This document shows positions 16,475 through 31,308 of a DNA stretch of 64,000 bases, piece after piece. The notes below the pieces were generated by a model. That model did not search any database, had not been told where the DNA came from, and worked only from the letters and a program-made list of their open reading frames with translations. A program made the position numbers and the translations under genes. How positions within the stretch are numbered: position 1 is the first letter of the stretch; every line of letters begins with the position of its first letter. Origin of the DNA: the human T2T-CHM13v2.0 reference genome, Homo sapiens. Location: assembly GCF_009914755.1 (NCBI RefSeq), contig NC_060934.1; one strand, 5' to 3'.

Positions 16475-16628
16475 TACTTTGTTTTTATGATCAACATTTT
16501 ACTTATCACTAAAAAATATTTGTTGAATTAATAACTAATCAATGAATGAGACAATAGAAAAAGATGATTTCTGTTTTCCAATTCTAATTCTTTTTTTTCT
16601 TGCTTGTTTTTTTTTTTTCTTCTTTTTA

Positions 16629-16826
16629 AGTAGCCGGGTGTGCTGGCACACATCTGTCATCCCAGCTACTCAGGAAGCTGAGGTGGGAGGATCACTTGAG
16701 CCTGAGTGTTTGGGGCTGCAGTGAGCCAGGATTGCGCCAAAGCACTCCAGCCTTGGTGACAAAGAAAGAACCTGTCTCAACAAAACAAAACAAAAGAAAA
16801 CACACAAGCAATTAAAGAAAAAAGAG
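16629..16826 (+). mobile_element. Alu right arm only (AluJ/FRAM-like)
   Basis: Begins at linker-like 'agtagccgggtgtg', right-monomer body, A-rich tail. Confidence 0.9.
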
Positions 16827-17034
16827 AGATGAAAAATACTTTTAAATGATCTCCTTGTTTCTTACCACCCAGACCACGAGTAATCATCTCCCTAACTGCC
16901 TAACTTTTATGTAAACCAGATTAGTAAATTGAACCCACCAGCTTTATTAGTATTCATTAACTTATCTGTAGGCTATATATTTTTCTTCTATTTGGAATTA
17001 TAAGGCGTGTGTTGACTTGAGACTCTGCCCTTCA

Positions 17035-17185
17035 ATAACTCAACCATCTTGGTAAGTAATTCTTTTTCTTGAAAGCTCCAATTTCATTATTTATAAGTAA
17101 GGGATTAAACTCTTCACTTCATGGCTATTTTTAGGACTAAGTGAAAGAGTTTGGGTGAAGAAACCTAACACAGTGCTTAAGATGC
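17035..17185 (+). mobile_element. MIR
   Basis: 'atcttggtaagtaa...ccaatttcattatttataagtaaggga...cctaacacagtgctt'. Confidence 0.55.
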
Positions 17186-19421
17186 AGTGTTACATTTGCT
17201 CTTTTAGTATTGTATCCTCTAAGTTATTTTCTCTTTCATAAACAATGCTTTTTTAGCTCTTTAAGTTTCTCCCCGGTAGTTTATTATTCATTCCTATGTG
17301 AGCAATATTCAAATATTGCTTTATTCTATTCCTTGTACATTTTCCTTTATGATGGTGTCCTAGTAGAGATGAGATTATATAAAGTCACTTATAAAAGATA
17401 GCTTTAAAACCATTTACATTTAAGCCTTCTTTATTCTGGATAACTTCATCATCCTGGTTCGACTAAAATGGAAAATATTGTTTCCCTCTATCCTGTTTGG
17501 TGTATGTTATTTTTGTGCATAGATTTAGGGGGAAAAACAAGTATGATGAAAAGAGAGAAGAAACAGAGCAAGTGCTGGCCACAGAACTATTTTGAGAGTC
17601 CTAGTACATCAGGAAGAAATATGCATTTAAAATAGATGTGTTCTCATTCCTTAGTGAGCAGCTTCCTAACAAGCTAACCCACTCCATGACAATCTTCATA
17701 TTAATTTCATTTGGCTACATTCAACACATTTGACCTGTAAACACTAGATTATCATAAAAGAAGCTTATCTTGTATCAGAATGTTTTTTGGTTTTCCTAAT
17801 ATTAACCCAGTTGGTTATAAAATTAATTTTTGTAATCATGAAAAACACCATTCTGAATTTTCTAATGTGTGAAAAAATAATTGTGTACTTTTAAGAAGAG
17901 AATGATTTTATACTCTGAATTGATGAAATGCGTCACGGAAGAGGTTCTTTCCAACAACCTGCTGCAATTTTTCATACTTAAGTAGTTATTTTTAGGATTA
18001 AGAAAAAGGTGCATGTTTTAAGAATAGCTGCTCAGGAAGTAATATCTTCAGTTGTATGCAATAAAACTGAGATTTTGAAATGAAGGATTTTTGTCTTTTA
18101 TTCTGACAGATTTTAGGGTTTTTTTTTAAATAAAACCATCAGTCATCAGTAGTAGGTTGTATTATAAATCTGTTTCCTAAAGTAGTTTGGAAAACAGAAG
18201 TTAACTTTCACAATAATGAGGATATTACGTTTTACCTAGGCTGTGCTATTCCTACTAATACTAACAGAAGTTGTATTTGGGCAGCAGCAGAATTTCATAT
18301 TTATATATTTACATATATTAACTATGATGATAGTTACAAATGAATGTTTAGACAGGTATTTTGGAGAAAACAGATGAAATATGTTTGGCACACAACAATG
18401 TAATCTTTATATAAAATGATTTATCTTTTTGGATCCAATCTAATGTTCAGACTCTGTAATACTTGATTTACAAATTAAAACTCTCTTTAAAAAATGATTC
18501 TGCAGCCACATACAAAGAATAGTAAGTCATTTTATTGCCTTTGGCCATGATTATTTGAATGCATTTTCTATTAAAACTGTGCTGGCATTTTCATCATATA
18601 CACTCAAATAATGTAACTTATTTTTATTTTTCTTTCAATAGTTGTGGCTGTTTAAGAAATAGGAAATTTATAAAGCTGACTCAGACAAAAATAGTGTGTA
18701 TTGATTATAAATAGATTTGAATATAAAGAGTTATGATGAATTTTTTAAGCTAATGTTTTAAATTTGTGGAGGTTAACTATATTCAGTCAACAGAAATAAA
18801 GCTATTTGTTTGCAAATTAACGTACCCCAATGTGCTGCAGGGTAAGGTCAAGTTCTACTAATATTTAATTTTTAAAACATATTTGAGGGAAGTACTCCAT
18901 TAAACCATTTGCAATTATTTAAAAACTACTGTGTTATAAATTGCTCATGATAAATGAAATGCTCTTAAGACAATTGGAAAGGAGTAAAGGGTTACAGTTT
19001 TAATTAAAGAGTAATCCTTATTATTGTAGGCAAAACAATTTTTGGTGTGACATTGAGGTTAGGGATAAATTGCGGCACTGACTGTGAGTCAGTGATTTGG
19101 TTGTCAAGGTAATTCTCCAGATTGGAGAAAGGCACCCAGTGATGTTACATAGAGAAACACAGCAATTGCTCCCTATATTCTAGAAATAAGGCTTGGTGAT
19201 TTAAGTTGAACTTGCAGATGATCAAACTATTACTTCTGGTAATTAGAAAGTATTATTTACAACGAAAAGGCATATGTTTAATTTTAAGGCATATTTTTAC
19301 TTTTTAATAAAATCTCTGAGAAGTATCAGATTTTACTGTTTATATCAAGTGCAAAGAGCTCATTTACATGCGTGTTTATTTTTTTGACATTCAAGCATAA
19401 ATAGTAGAATAGTTTTGCTTA

Positions 19422-19797
<376 letters not shown>

Positions 19798-19829
19798 TAG
19801 CGTGTGTGGTGTGCGTGTTTAACAATAGG

Positions 19830-21450
19830 GCCTTTATTTTTAACATAAAAGTAATTTATCAAAGGTACAAAGAATAATACAATGTGCACTTGAGTTCTTC
19901 CATTGCCATTAGAAAATAAACATTATTAGCTTCAAACCTGCTATGAACCCTTCCATTTTCCCTCATAGAGATTATTGACATAATCCTTTTATAGTCCTCA
20001 TATTTCACTTCATTTTAGTTTTACTATATGTAACATTCATAATAAGCTATATTATTTGTTTTTATATTTTTATTTTTATCTGTGTTTTTTTTTCTGAGAA
20101 TTACTTTTTTGCTCAACATTGCATTTCTGAGATATATCCATGCTGATTTGATAACTAAGTTCAGTGTATTTACTTCTGAATAATGGGAGAATTTGTTAAC
20201 TTTCCTTTGAAATCTCATGCGTATAAAACAATACATTTTGGTTTTGTTTCCGTTTTTCTAACTTCTGCCTAGTTTGAGTCTCTATTCACTTTTTATTGGT
20301 TATTTCTTCATCCTCTATGAAAAGCCTGTGTTTGTTGTGGCTCATTTATCTAATGGATTGCTTCTGTTTTCCTTTTTGATTTTAAGTCTTTATATGTTCT
20401 AGCCCTCAAGCCATATTTGATCATTTACTTTGTTACATGCTTTTTTCATACACAGAATTTTTAATTTAAAATGATCCTAATAGAAGTATTCAGTTATAGC
20501 ATTAGGTACATGAAAATGTGGAAATTGCATTTTACTTTTAGTAGTCTGTGCAGGATATTATGCCAAACTCCCAATTAGTTTCTGTGGCTGTGTATATTTA
20601 TTTGATAGGCTAAATATATCAGAAATTACATCATCCAGATCAAAGACACTTGGGAAAACTTTAATATTGAGTAAAGTTTGCTATGTCATGCTTGTTATAG
20701 GTGTTTTGTGAATGATTTTTTTATTATTAGGTGAAGGAAATTTTTTTCTATTTTTACTTTGTAGGACATTTTTAAGAAATGGATGTTGGGTTATGTTAAG
20801 TACTTTTCTACATCTATAGAGATGATCATATTTTTAAAAAGTTTTTTAGTCTGTCAAGGTAGAGAGTAATATTGGCAAGTTTTCAAATCTTAAATCAACC
20901 TTACATTCTTGGTTTACATCACATCCTTGTATATATATTGGCCATGATATATTATCTTGTTTATATGTTGTTGAATTTAATTTGCTAAAATTTTGTTGCA
21001 ATTTTTATATCCTAGTTAATGAGGGACATCGTGCTATAGTTTTATTTTCTTATAATACCTTTGTTTGCCTTTGGTATCAGGGTTATAATGGTAACCGCAT
21101 AGAATAACTTGGGAAGTACTCTTTCTCTTTTCAATTTTGGGGAAGCAATTGAATTATTTCTTCCATAACTATTTATATAAATCCCCCTCAAAAACCATCT
21201 GAAGTTAGAATTTTCTCTGTGAACAACTGTTTAAACTACAACTACAATTTATTTAATAAATATTGGGCTATTCGGGTTATCTTTTTCTTCCTGAATGAGC
21301 TTTGGTAGTTTGCGGCTTTTGAGGAATTTGTTTATTTCATCTAAGCTATCAAATTTATTGGCATAAATTTGCTTATAATATTTTCATGTTACCCTTTTAA
21401 GATTCATAGAATCTATAGTGGTGTCCCTTCTCTCATTCCTGATATTTATG
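19830..21450 (-). mobile_element. Ancient L1M fragments (3'UTR and ORF2)
   Basis: T-rich strand; ORF2 antisense motifs 'catctatagagatgatcata', 'ttggtatcagggttataatg', 'gaatttgtttatttcatctaag'. Confidence 0.75.
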
Positions 21451-21790
21451 TTCTGTTCCATTTAAGTAAGAGGAAATTATTCCATAAGAATCTCTTAATT
21501 TACAATAACTTCAAAATGAAATTTAACAGCATATGTGGCTCAAAGTGCAAGAATTTGCAGCTGGAATCATGGCTGAGGAGAGTGAAGACAGAACACGGAG
21601 TATCATAACTTAGAGCACAGATCCAGTGAAAACTTTATTTTCCCTCAGAAATTTTACCAGTGAAATTTTTCCTAGGCAAATTAGAAAAGCTCATGTAGGA
21701 GGGACAAAAAGCAGAGTGATAATCTTGATAATAAATTTTGTTCAAAAATATTCAAGATCCTTTAATCAAGAAACACTAATGGCCTGTGAC

Positions 21791-21815
21791 TGTGTGTGTG
21801 TGTGTGTGTGTGTGT
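21791..21815 (+). repeat. (TG)12 microsatellite
   Basis: Direct reading. Confidence 0.95.
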
Positions 21816-22434
21816 ACTTTTAATAAATTTTGCTGCATAAAACTATAAAGCCAAACAAAATGAATTATTTTGATCCTGGCATTTAGTGTCTTTGTTCTAT
21901 ATAGATCACAATTCTGTGTCACCAATAGTACATCTCTCTACTTTTACATGAGAGTAGGAATAATATTTCTGTACAAAATTGAGATTGCAAATCAACTTGT
22001 ATTCTAAATTCATGTGAGAGGTATACATTAGAGTACAACAGAGTAAGATAAATACCTGGCATTCACTGGGGCTGGAGTTAGAGATCAGCACATAGCCCAA
22101 CAGCATTTGATTGAATGAAAAGCTTTACTGAGCTTCAAGTCTACAATAAACTGTGATATTGTGTTCACTGATCATCAGTGGGTAGCTTACAGAAAAATGA
22201 TGATAGTAAAATTATCACTTGTGCTTTAACATGGAGTATAATTATACTATAAACAAGGAATTTAAACAGAGCTAGGGCATTAAATAAACTTTTTTCCCCT
22301 TGCCTCATGTGGGGAGACACTGCCCAGAATTTTTTATGTGTCACTGAAGTATTGTTACAAATGGGATTTTAAAAAATAAAATGCTTTTGGACATGCAAAA
22401 TGATTAATAGAGATTAACTCTGTTTAACTCTGTA

Positions 22435-22597
22435 CAGTGAACATTAGCATACAATTATCTATTTGAGCCCCTGCTTTCAATGTTTTGGGTATATAAATAG
22501 GAGTGGAGTTTCTGGGGCATAGGGTAATTTTATGTTTAGGTTTCTGATGAACCGCCCAACTATTTTCCACAATGGTTGCATTATCTTACATTCTCAT
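22435..22597 (-). mobile_element. L1M (L1MB-like) fragment
   Basis: 'gagcccctgctttcaatgttttgggtatata...aactattttccacaatggttgcatt'. Confidence 0.7.
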
Positions 22598-22976
22598 GAG
22601 ATGGAGCACTGCTGTGCTAGGGAATGGTTGGGGAGAGGGTACGTACAACACAATGCTTTGTTATCATTTGGTTCCAACAGTTTCTGCTTGTTTTTCATTG
22701 TTTCTATGGGGAACGAGAAATTGGAGCAGCCCATGCTTCCACTTTGCTGATGTCACTGTCAAATTCCTTGGTTTACTTGATACATTTAAAACTCCTTTTC
22801 TTCACCTAGGGTGATTTAACTACTTTGCCCTCTCTGTTTTCTTGCTACAGCTTTCGTACTGCTACATATTATTCATTTAATCAGGTATTTAATTTCCTTT
22901 TGATTGTGAACTCCTTGGGGCCAAAGATTGTATCTTACTCTTCCTCTTTACAGTTTCTTGATATTTGTTTAAATGA

Positions 22977-23130
22977 TTTTTTTAAAATTTATTTGTTTAT
23001 TTAAAGAAAGGATCTTGCTCTGTCATTCAGGCTGGTGTGAAGTGGCATGATCATAGCTCACTGTAACCTCAAACTCCTGGCTTCAAGTGATCCTCCCTCC
23101 TTGGCCTCTCAAAGTGCTTAAATTATAGGC
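22977..23130 (-). mobile_element. AluJ-derived monomer (left/right-arm hybrid)
   Basis: Right-arm insertion segment joined to left-arm 'ttggcctctcaaagtgct'. Confidence 0.85.
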
Positions 23131-24289
23131 TGCTTAATTGAATTAGTTATACTTCTCTTGTTATTTGTGAAAAAAATGAATTGAACTAAAATATTTGGGA
23201 ACAAATAGAAACTGTTTTAGATGGAAATAGTTCTATTTAGCTCCATTCTAAACTGTAGTCCAAGGAAAGAAAATGAGATCACATTAGGAAAGTCATGTTT
23301 TAAGCTTTAAAGCATTAACAGATCCTTGCTCAGGAGAGGCAGCTTGGTTGTCAAGGGAAGAAAACTAAGTTTGCTTTTAGGATACTTGGGAAACTATAAA
23401 CCCATACAATTGCACCTGCCAATTAAAAAAAAATTAAAATAAAGTAAAACCACTGGTTCTACTCTTGTCTTCAAAAGTCCATGACCTCTGGCCTTCAAGT
23501 GTGTTTGTTTGTTTATTTTAACTTTAAAATTAAGAGATTACACTAGAAATCCCTTGGTTATATAGCATAAAAAGACACGTGGGGGAAATGATATACCATA
23601 AAAAGACGTGGGAAAAATATTAACTACATCATAATCTGATACAAAGTGAAAATTTTATTTGCACATAGTATTATTTAAAACATGAATAATATATATATCT
23701 TATAGAAGACTGTCTAAAGATCATAGGTAAACTTGTGCTGAAATGCAGCTAAGTGTATTTTTAATAATTTTTAAGTGTATAATTTGGTGGCATTAAGTGT
23801 AATTGTGTCATAGGTACATAGATAATTGTGTCTAAGTGTCACTGTATCATTGGTATGTAGATAATTGTGTCTCCTTAATTATCAAGGATTCTTTCCTTTT
23901 GCTAAATTGGATTTTATTTGTACTTGGTGCTCATTTCCCACAAATTTTCCTTTATCTCAGAAATGGTCAAATATTAGTTCAATTATTTCCTGTGAAATTA
24001 GCCCTGAGAGCAGGTAGAGGTTCCAGAAAATTGGAAATCAGTGGTTTAATTCCTCTAGGTCATGTAACTTCCCTGCAGCCGTGTGAAAGACTGAGGGTTT
24101 AAAATTGATCAGACAAACAAATGAACAAGCAAACACACTTTGAACTATGCCTTTCCAGTGAATTCCCTACTAGCCCTGAAGAATAACTACAATACATTTT
24201 CATTTCAAAAGATTCTCTTGGTTGCCATAACTTTGACATTTGTTACTCAGTATATAAAATATATTTTATTATTCCCCTATTAAAACATG

Positions 24290-24510
24290 AAAATTAATAT
24301 GTCACTATCTCCAGCTAGAGTTTCCTCATTTGCAAATTGGAAGGTTTGGCTATATCATTTCCATGATCCTATTTATATTTAATGTACTATAACTATCATT
24401 TTAATTTGCTGTTTTACTCATTTTAGATTATTATTAATTATAACATATCTATCAAATTTCACAGAATTCTAATGAGATATTTTATATGAAAGCACTTTGA
24501 TTAGTTATAC
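24290..24510 (+). mobile_element. MIR
   Basis: 'agtttcctcatttgcaaattgg' core and 'aatgagatattttatatgaaagcacttt'. Confidence 0.5.
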
Positions 24511-24619
24511 TAAAAAGGTACGGTTATACTTTTCATTTTAAGAAGTTCGAAGTAGAGTAAAACACAAGATCAAGAGACTCAATTTGAACCCGACATGCCC
24601 ATTTCATGATTTACTTGAA

Positions 24620-24910
24620 AGTAGATGTGGTGAATTTGGGTCAGGTAGGATACATGTGTGTTTATTTGTAAACATGTATGTTTACAGTGTTTTAAACATA
24701 TGAAGATTTTGCACACATATCTAGATTTTTAAAAATATGGCAACTTTCAACTTATATTTAGTGAAAATCAGCTGAAGCGGGGGACCAACTGCTTTTTGGT
24801 GGGACTCTCACTGACTAGTTTCCCAGAGTTTGCATCATTCTCTACTGAGACCTAAAATCACTCTACCTGGTATCCTGTCTGCTGCAGAATTCTAAGCATG
24901 CAAGCCTTGT
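24620..24910. mobile_element. hAT-Charlie (MER102-like) fragment
   Basis: Degenerate similarity ('tctagatttttaaaaatatggcaac...cagctgaagcgg'). Confidence 0.3.
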
Positions 24911-24925
24911 TTTAAAGATATTAAC

Positions 24926-24972
24926 CTGGATTAGAGAAACGTGGACAGCTCGCCATATCCTATTCCTTTCAC
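24926..24972 (-). other. Candidate 47-nt exon
   Basis: Minus strand: ttttatcttttctatcgtatatAG|GTGAAAG...AATCCAG|GTTAAT. Confidence 0.25.
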
Positions 24973-25627
24973 CTATATACGATAGAAAAGATAAAATATT
25001 TCAAAACTACCTTTTAAATATTTGTATTTGCTGCTCAAAAATCGAAACACCATATTAATATTGAAGGATAAATAACTAAATATAGAGATGTGTTCTATTG
25101 CCACTTGTGCATATCTGTGTGTATATTGATGTGTATGGATGTGGATACAGAATGCTGGTAAAAGGTTGAAAGATGAAAAAGAATGAAATCTTAACATGGT
25201 AAGAAGTTCTTTATCCAAATCTCCTGATGGCTTCTGAAGACAGGAATTTGGCATTTGCTCATACATTTCTGTTACTAACACAATGTACAAAGAGCTATAT
25301 TGTAGAAGGTGCTCCTTTTTGGAAAAATGATGAGTCTTATTGTGTGACTGAAATTAATTTTTTTCTTTTTTTCAATGTATCTGCTTAAAACAGTTACAGA
25401 ATTGCTTATGCAATCAAGATGCTGATGGTTTGTTAGCTTTCAAAAGATAAACTGTGTTTGAAATAACTATTTCCCAATTATGTTATTGAAGTTGAGCACA
25501 TTTTAGTTCCTCCTACTCTTTCCATTTTTCTCTTAATTAAAGATATGCCTACTTCCTTTTACAAATCTATATTGAGTAGTCTGTGAATACAAACTGTGAA
25601 CATTAACTCTTTGATTCTTTCCTAGTG

Positions 25628-25704
25628 GAACACTAGGAAATCAGGAATCAGAAATATCCTGTAAGAACACTAGGAAATCAGGAATCAGAAATATCCTGTA
25701 AGAA
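25628..25704 (+). repeat. Perfect 37-bp tandem duplication
   Basis: gaacactaggaaatcaggaatcagaaatatcctgtaa x2 (25628-25664, 25665-25701) plus gaa. Confidence 0.97.
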
Positions 25705-26121
25705 TAATCAAAGGTCTCACTGTGAACAGAATTATTTTAAGTTGTTCAAGCTACGTAATCAACTTTAACAGTTGATTATATTTATGAGAACTTATATTTC
25801 ATTTAAGATCCGCATGTTCATATGGACGGTTAAGAACAATATTGATAAGTCCACAATTCATGCATTGCATAGTTTCTTATTTTTATATATTTTAAATGCA
25901 TTCTAAATACTAAAGACATATTCGTCACCCAAGTAGATGCAAGATTATCCTTCCGAGCATAATAAAAGCACAAAAAAGTATTTTGAGAAATGTATTTTAA
26001 ATCAATGAATTTTTCTTTTTTTCAGAAGACAGGTTTCATGGGCATAGAAATTCTATCATCTCCCCTGTCATTTCATCTCCAATGCCTGGCACATAGTATT
26101 TGCTTAAAAAGTATATTTGTA

Positions 26122-26572
<451 letters not shown>

Positions 26573-26989
26573 TTATATGTCAAAAAGTAAATATAGCATA
26601 ATATAGAGAGAATTTTTATGAATTAATTGAATGAAAAGATGCAAGTGAGTAATAAACATGACAAAACAGGTCTGAAAAAAGATAGATAACTATGTTATGC
26701 CGTACTGGGTGACCTTCTAGTTAGGCATGTGTAAAGCTCCATCTTTTATAAGACCTTATTAATTCTTCCTTTGAGAATATAGATTGTTAAAACACAGAAG
26801 TTTGGACTTCAATTGCAAAATAGAATAACTTCTTTATTTGAACTTCCAGAGAGTGTAACTTGCAATTTCTTGCCAGTTAATATGTATCACAATCTGGCTG
26901 GTGAGCAATAATATATATGGAGGATTTTCTGATTGATAATCTATCCTGTCTATTGATACTCTCTTTTTCTTTGATTAAACAATAAATTT

Positions 26990-27330
26990 ATGCCATTCAT
27001 CTATTCAACAAATATTTCTTACTAAATATTTATTAAATACTAAGCATTTACTAAAGGAATAGTAAATGTTACATACTGAAAGTAAAACAGGTAAATCAAG
27101 CTTAACTGTTTTGAGAGTATTGAGACACATAATTGAGCAAATTTTGGGTTTTAATGAAAAAACATACACTCAATTAAATGAAACTAAAATACGTGCTCAG
27201 CTAAAACAAACTGGTGTTTCAGGTAAAATTTCTTGGGAAGTATGTCATCTAAAGAAGTAGATCGCCAAAGAATGACAGAGAAAAGTGTTTGAGAAAAGGA
27301 AACAATATCAACAAAGGTCTGGAGTGAAAT
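26990..27330 (-). mobile_element. L2 fragment
   Basis: 'attcatctattcaacaaatattt' L2 3' terminus in reverse. Confidence 0.55.
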
Positions 27331-27410
27331 ATGTTTGACAAACTGAAAATTCAGCATTTTTTCACAATTTTATTTGTAACTAGAAATCATTTATTACACG
27401 AGTATTATAG

Positions 27411-27820
<410 letters not shown>

Positions 27821-28040
27821 TAAGTCAGGCATGTCTATCATCACCGTTTTTCCAGCAGTACGTGCTCACTTTGTGTCTCTGTGTGACATTGTGATAATTC
27901 TCACAATAATGTAAACTTTTTCATTATTGTTATATCTGTTATGGTGATCTTTCATATTACACTTGTAACTGTTTTGGGGTGCTATGAACCATGCCCATAT
28001 AAGATGGCAAACGTAATTGATGAATGTTGTATGTGGTCGG

Positions 28041-28342
28041 TTTTTTTGTTTGTTTGTTTGTTGTTTTGAGGCAGAGTCTTGCTCTGTTGCCCAGACTCCT
28101 GGGGTACAGTGGCATGATCTCAGTTTACTGCAACCTCCACCTCCCTGGTTCAACTGATTCTCCTGCCTCAGCCTCCTGAGTAGGTGGGATTACAGGTGTG
28201 TGCCAGCACACCTAGCTAATTTTTTCATATTTTTAGTAGAGACAGGGTTTCACCATATTGGCCAGACTGGTCTCGAATTCCTGACTTCAAGTGATCCATC
28301 CACCTCAGCCTCCCACCCAGGCGTGAACCACCGTGCCTGGCC
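28041..28342 (-). mobile_element. AluS with small left-arm deletion
   Basis: Dimeric Alu; ~16-bp TSD aatgttgYatgtgKtc. Confidence 0.93.
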
Positions 28343-29185
28343 AAATGTTGCATGTGTTCTTACTGCTCCACTTTTCAGTACCCCCATAATTGTCCCTCTC
28401 CTTGGGCCTCCATATTCCCTGAGACACAACAATGTTGAAATTAGGTGAATTAATAACCCTACAATGGCATTTAAGAGTTCAAGTGAAAAAAAAAAAAAAG
28501 CTAGGCGCCTCTCACTTTAAATCAAAAGCTTGAAATGATTAAGTTTTGTGTGGAACTAAGACAGACTGAAAGCTAAGTCTCTTGTACCAAACAGCCAAGT
28601 TTCGAATGCAAAGGGAAAGTTCTTGAAGGAAATTAGAAGCGCTACTCGAGTGAACATACAAATGATTAGAAAGCAATACAGCCTTATTGCTGATATGGAG
28701 AAGGTTTTAGTGAACATTCAGAGGAGTTTGGAAGAAGTCGCTCACAATCTTCATGGATGACTTTGAGGGATTCAAGACTTCAGTGGAAGAACTAACTGCA
28801 TATGTGGTAGAAATGGCAGGAGAACTAGAGTTCGAAGTGGAGCTGGAAGATGTGACTGAATTGCTGCCATATTATAATAAAACTTGAATGAATAAGGAAT
28901 TGCTTCTTATGGATGAGCAAAGAAAATGGTTTCTTGAAATGGAATCTACCCCTGGTAAAGATGCTGTGAACATTGTTGAAATGACAACAAAATATTATAA
29001 TATCACATAAACTGAGTTGATAAAGCAGCAACATGGTTTGAGTGGATTGACTCCAATTTTGAAAGAAGTTCTTCTGTGGGTAAAATGCTGTCAACCAGTA
29101 TCACATGCTGCAGATAAATCTTTTGTGAAAGGAATAGACAATTGATGCAACAAACTTTATTGTTTTCTTCTTTAAAGAAATTGCT

Positions 29186-29903
<718 letters not shown>

Positions 29904-29969
29904 TTAACATCAAGGCAAGACCTTCCACCAGCAAAAGATGATGACTTGCTGAAGCTCAGATAATTTTCA

Positions 29970-31000
29970 TACTTCAGATATTGAATTTTTAATCCTAGAG
30001 CTCCATTTTTTTCTTTAATTTCTATCTCTATCCCCAAATTACCTGTCTTTACCCATTATATCTACAATTTCCTGTACATTCTTTAAAATATATACTATTA
30101 TTATTTAAATATCTCATGGCAATTCTAAGATCTAAATTATCTAATACTTTATTTTTACTGACTATATTTTTTATTTAGAATACAATTTCCTGTTTATTCG
30201 TGCCGAATAATATTTGACTTCATATTAAACAATGTGCATGGTACTTTAAATAGAGTTTGGACCCATGATCTCTCTGTGAAGAGCACAGAGTTTGTTTTAG
30301 TAAGGAGTAAAATTAGTGGTGGATCACCTTCATTTTGTAGAATTTTTAAGCATTATCAATACCATACATGTATGCTTAATCCAGGAACGTGATGCTTACT
30401 TCTAGCTTTGGGTTCTTCTTTGTTTTCAGTGAAAGGCCTACTGTGTTTATTAGATCTCCTTAACTTAGTGGGATTTGATCTCAAACTTTATCACCCAAAT
30501 GCTAGATAACTACCAAAATCTGCTCAGTTCTTGCAGCCTTCATGGTGAGTTTTGATGGAGTTTTGGGGGTCTTCCCACTGTGTTTTCAGTTCAGCATCAG
30601 CTGAGAATATTAAAAGAATATGTGGATTTTAGGATTTCTCTCCTTGCAGTTTTTTCTTTTCCTTAAAATCAGCATACATTTTCTGCCTCATGGAAGTCTT
30701 GAGCTCTGATCTTTCACAACTTAGGCCAGCAGAACTTCTGTTTTCTGCTTGTGCCTTATCTCCCATGCAGTACACAAACTAAAGCATGCCCCAGGATAAA
30801 AGCTGGATTTATACAGATCTCACCGAATTTATTTCTTTTTTCATAAGGTTGTTTCCTCACAAGGTTCTGTCCACTTTCGGCTGTTCTCTAATGCCTTCCA
30901 ACAGTTTCATTTTTAAAAATATTGCTTTCCTAGACTTTATAAATATTTTTGGCAAGAGGGTTTGTGTGATACATGTTACTCTTCCTTCACTGAAATCCAT
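29970..31000 (-). mobile_element. Ancient L1M (ORF1/5' region) fragment
   Basis: T-rich; 'ctagagctccatttt...tttctatctct' ORF1 antisense pattern. Confidence 0.5.
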
Positions 31001-31198
31001 CTGTGGGTAACGGGCTAAGAAAAACTTTTCCTTTCTGCATGATAATATGAGCTTTAGTTAGGTTTCTAGATCTCTTTCCCTAGAAACCTAAAATGGAAGA
31101 ACATGTTATTAACAACATTGGTTAAAATTAAAATGATCACAGATTGGCAAATAGCATTTATACTGAGAGAGACTCTAAGTGAACAACAAGTGACTTAC

Positions 31199-31308
31199 TG
31201 CAGCACTATACTGTTGGGCTTCCCTAAGGGTGATGATTCTTGTAACTGGGCGTGTGCTCCCAGGACCCCCATAAGTTATGCCTATGGGTTGTTACAATAA
31301 ATTGTTTC
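31199..31308 (-). other. Candidate 110-nt non-coding exon
   Basis: Minus strand: gtctcattctccacAG|GAAAC...GCTGCA|GTAAGT; stops in all three frames. Confidence 0.3.

Noticed and set aside
25628-25704. Repeat unit of CRISPR-like length (37 bp)
   Set aside because: Two directly adjacent copies with no spacer, no cas genes, eukaryotic context
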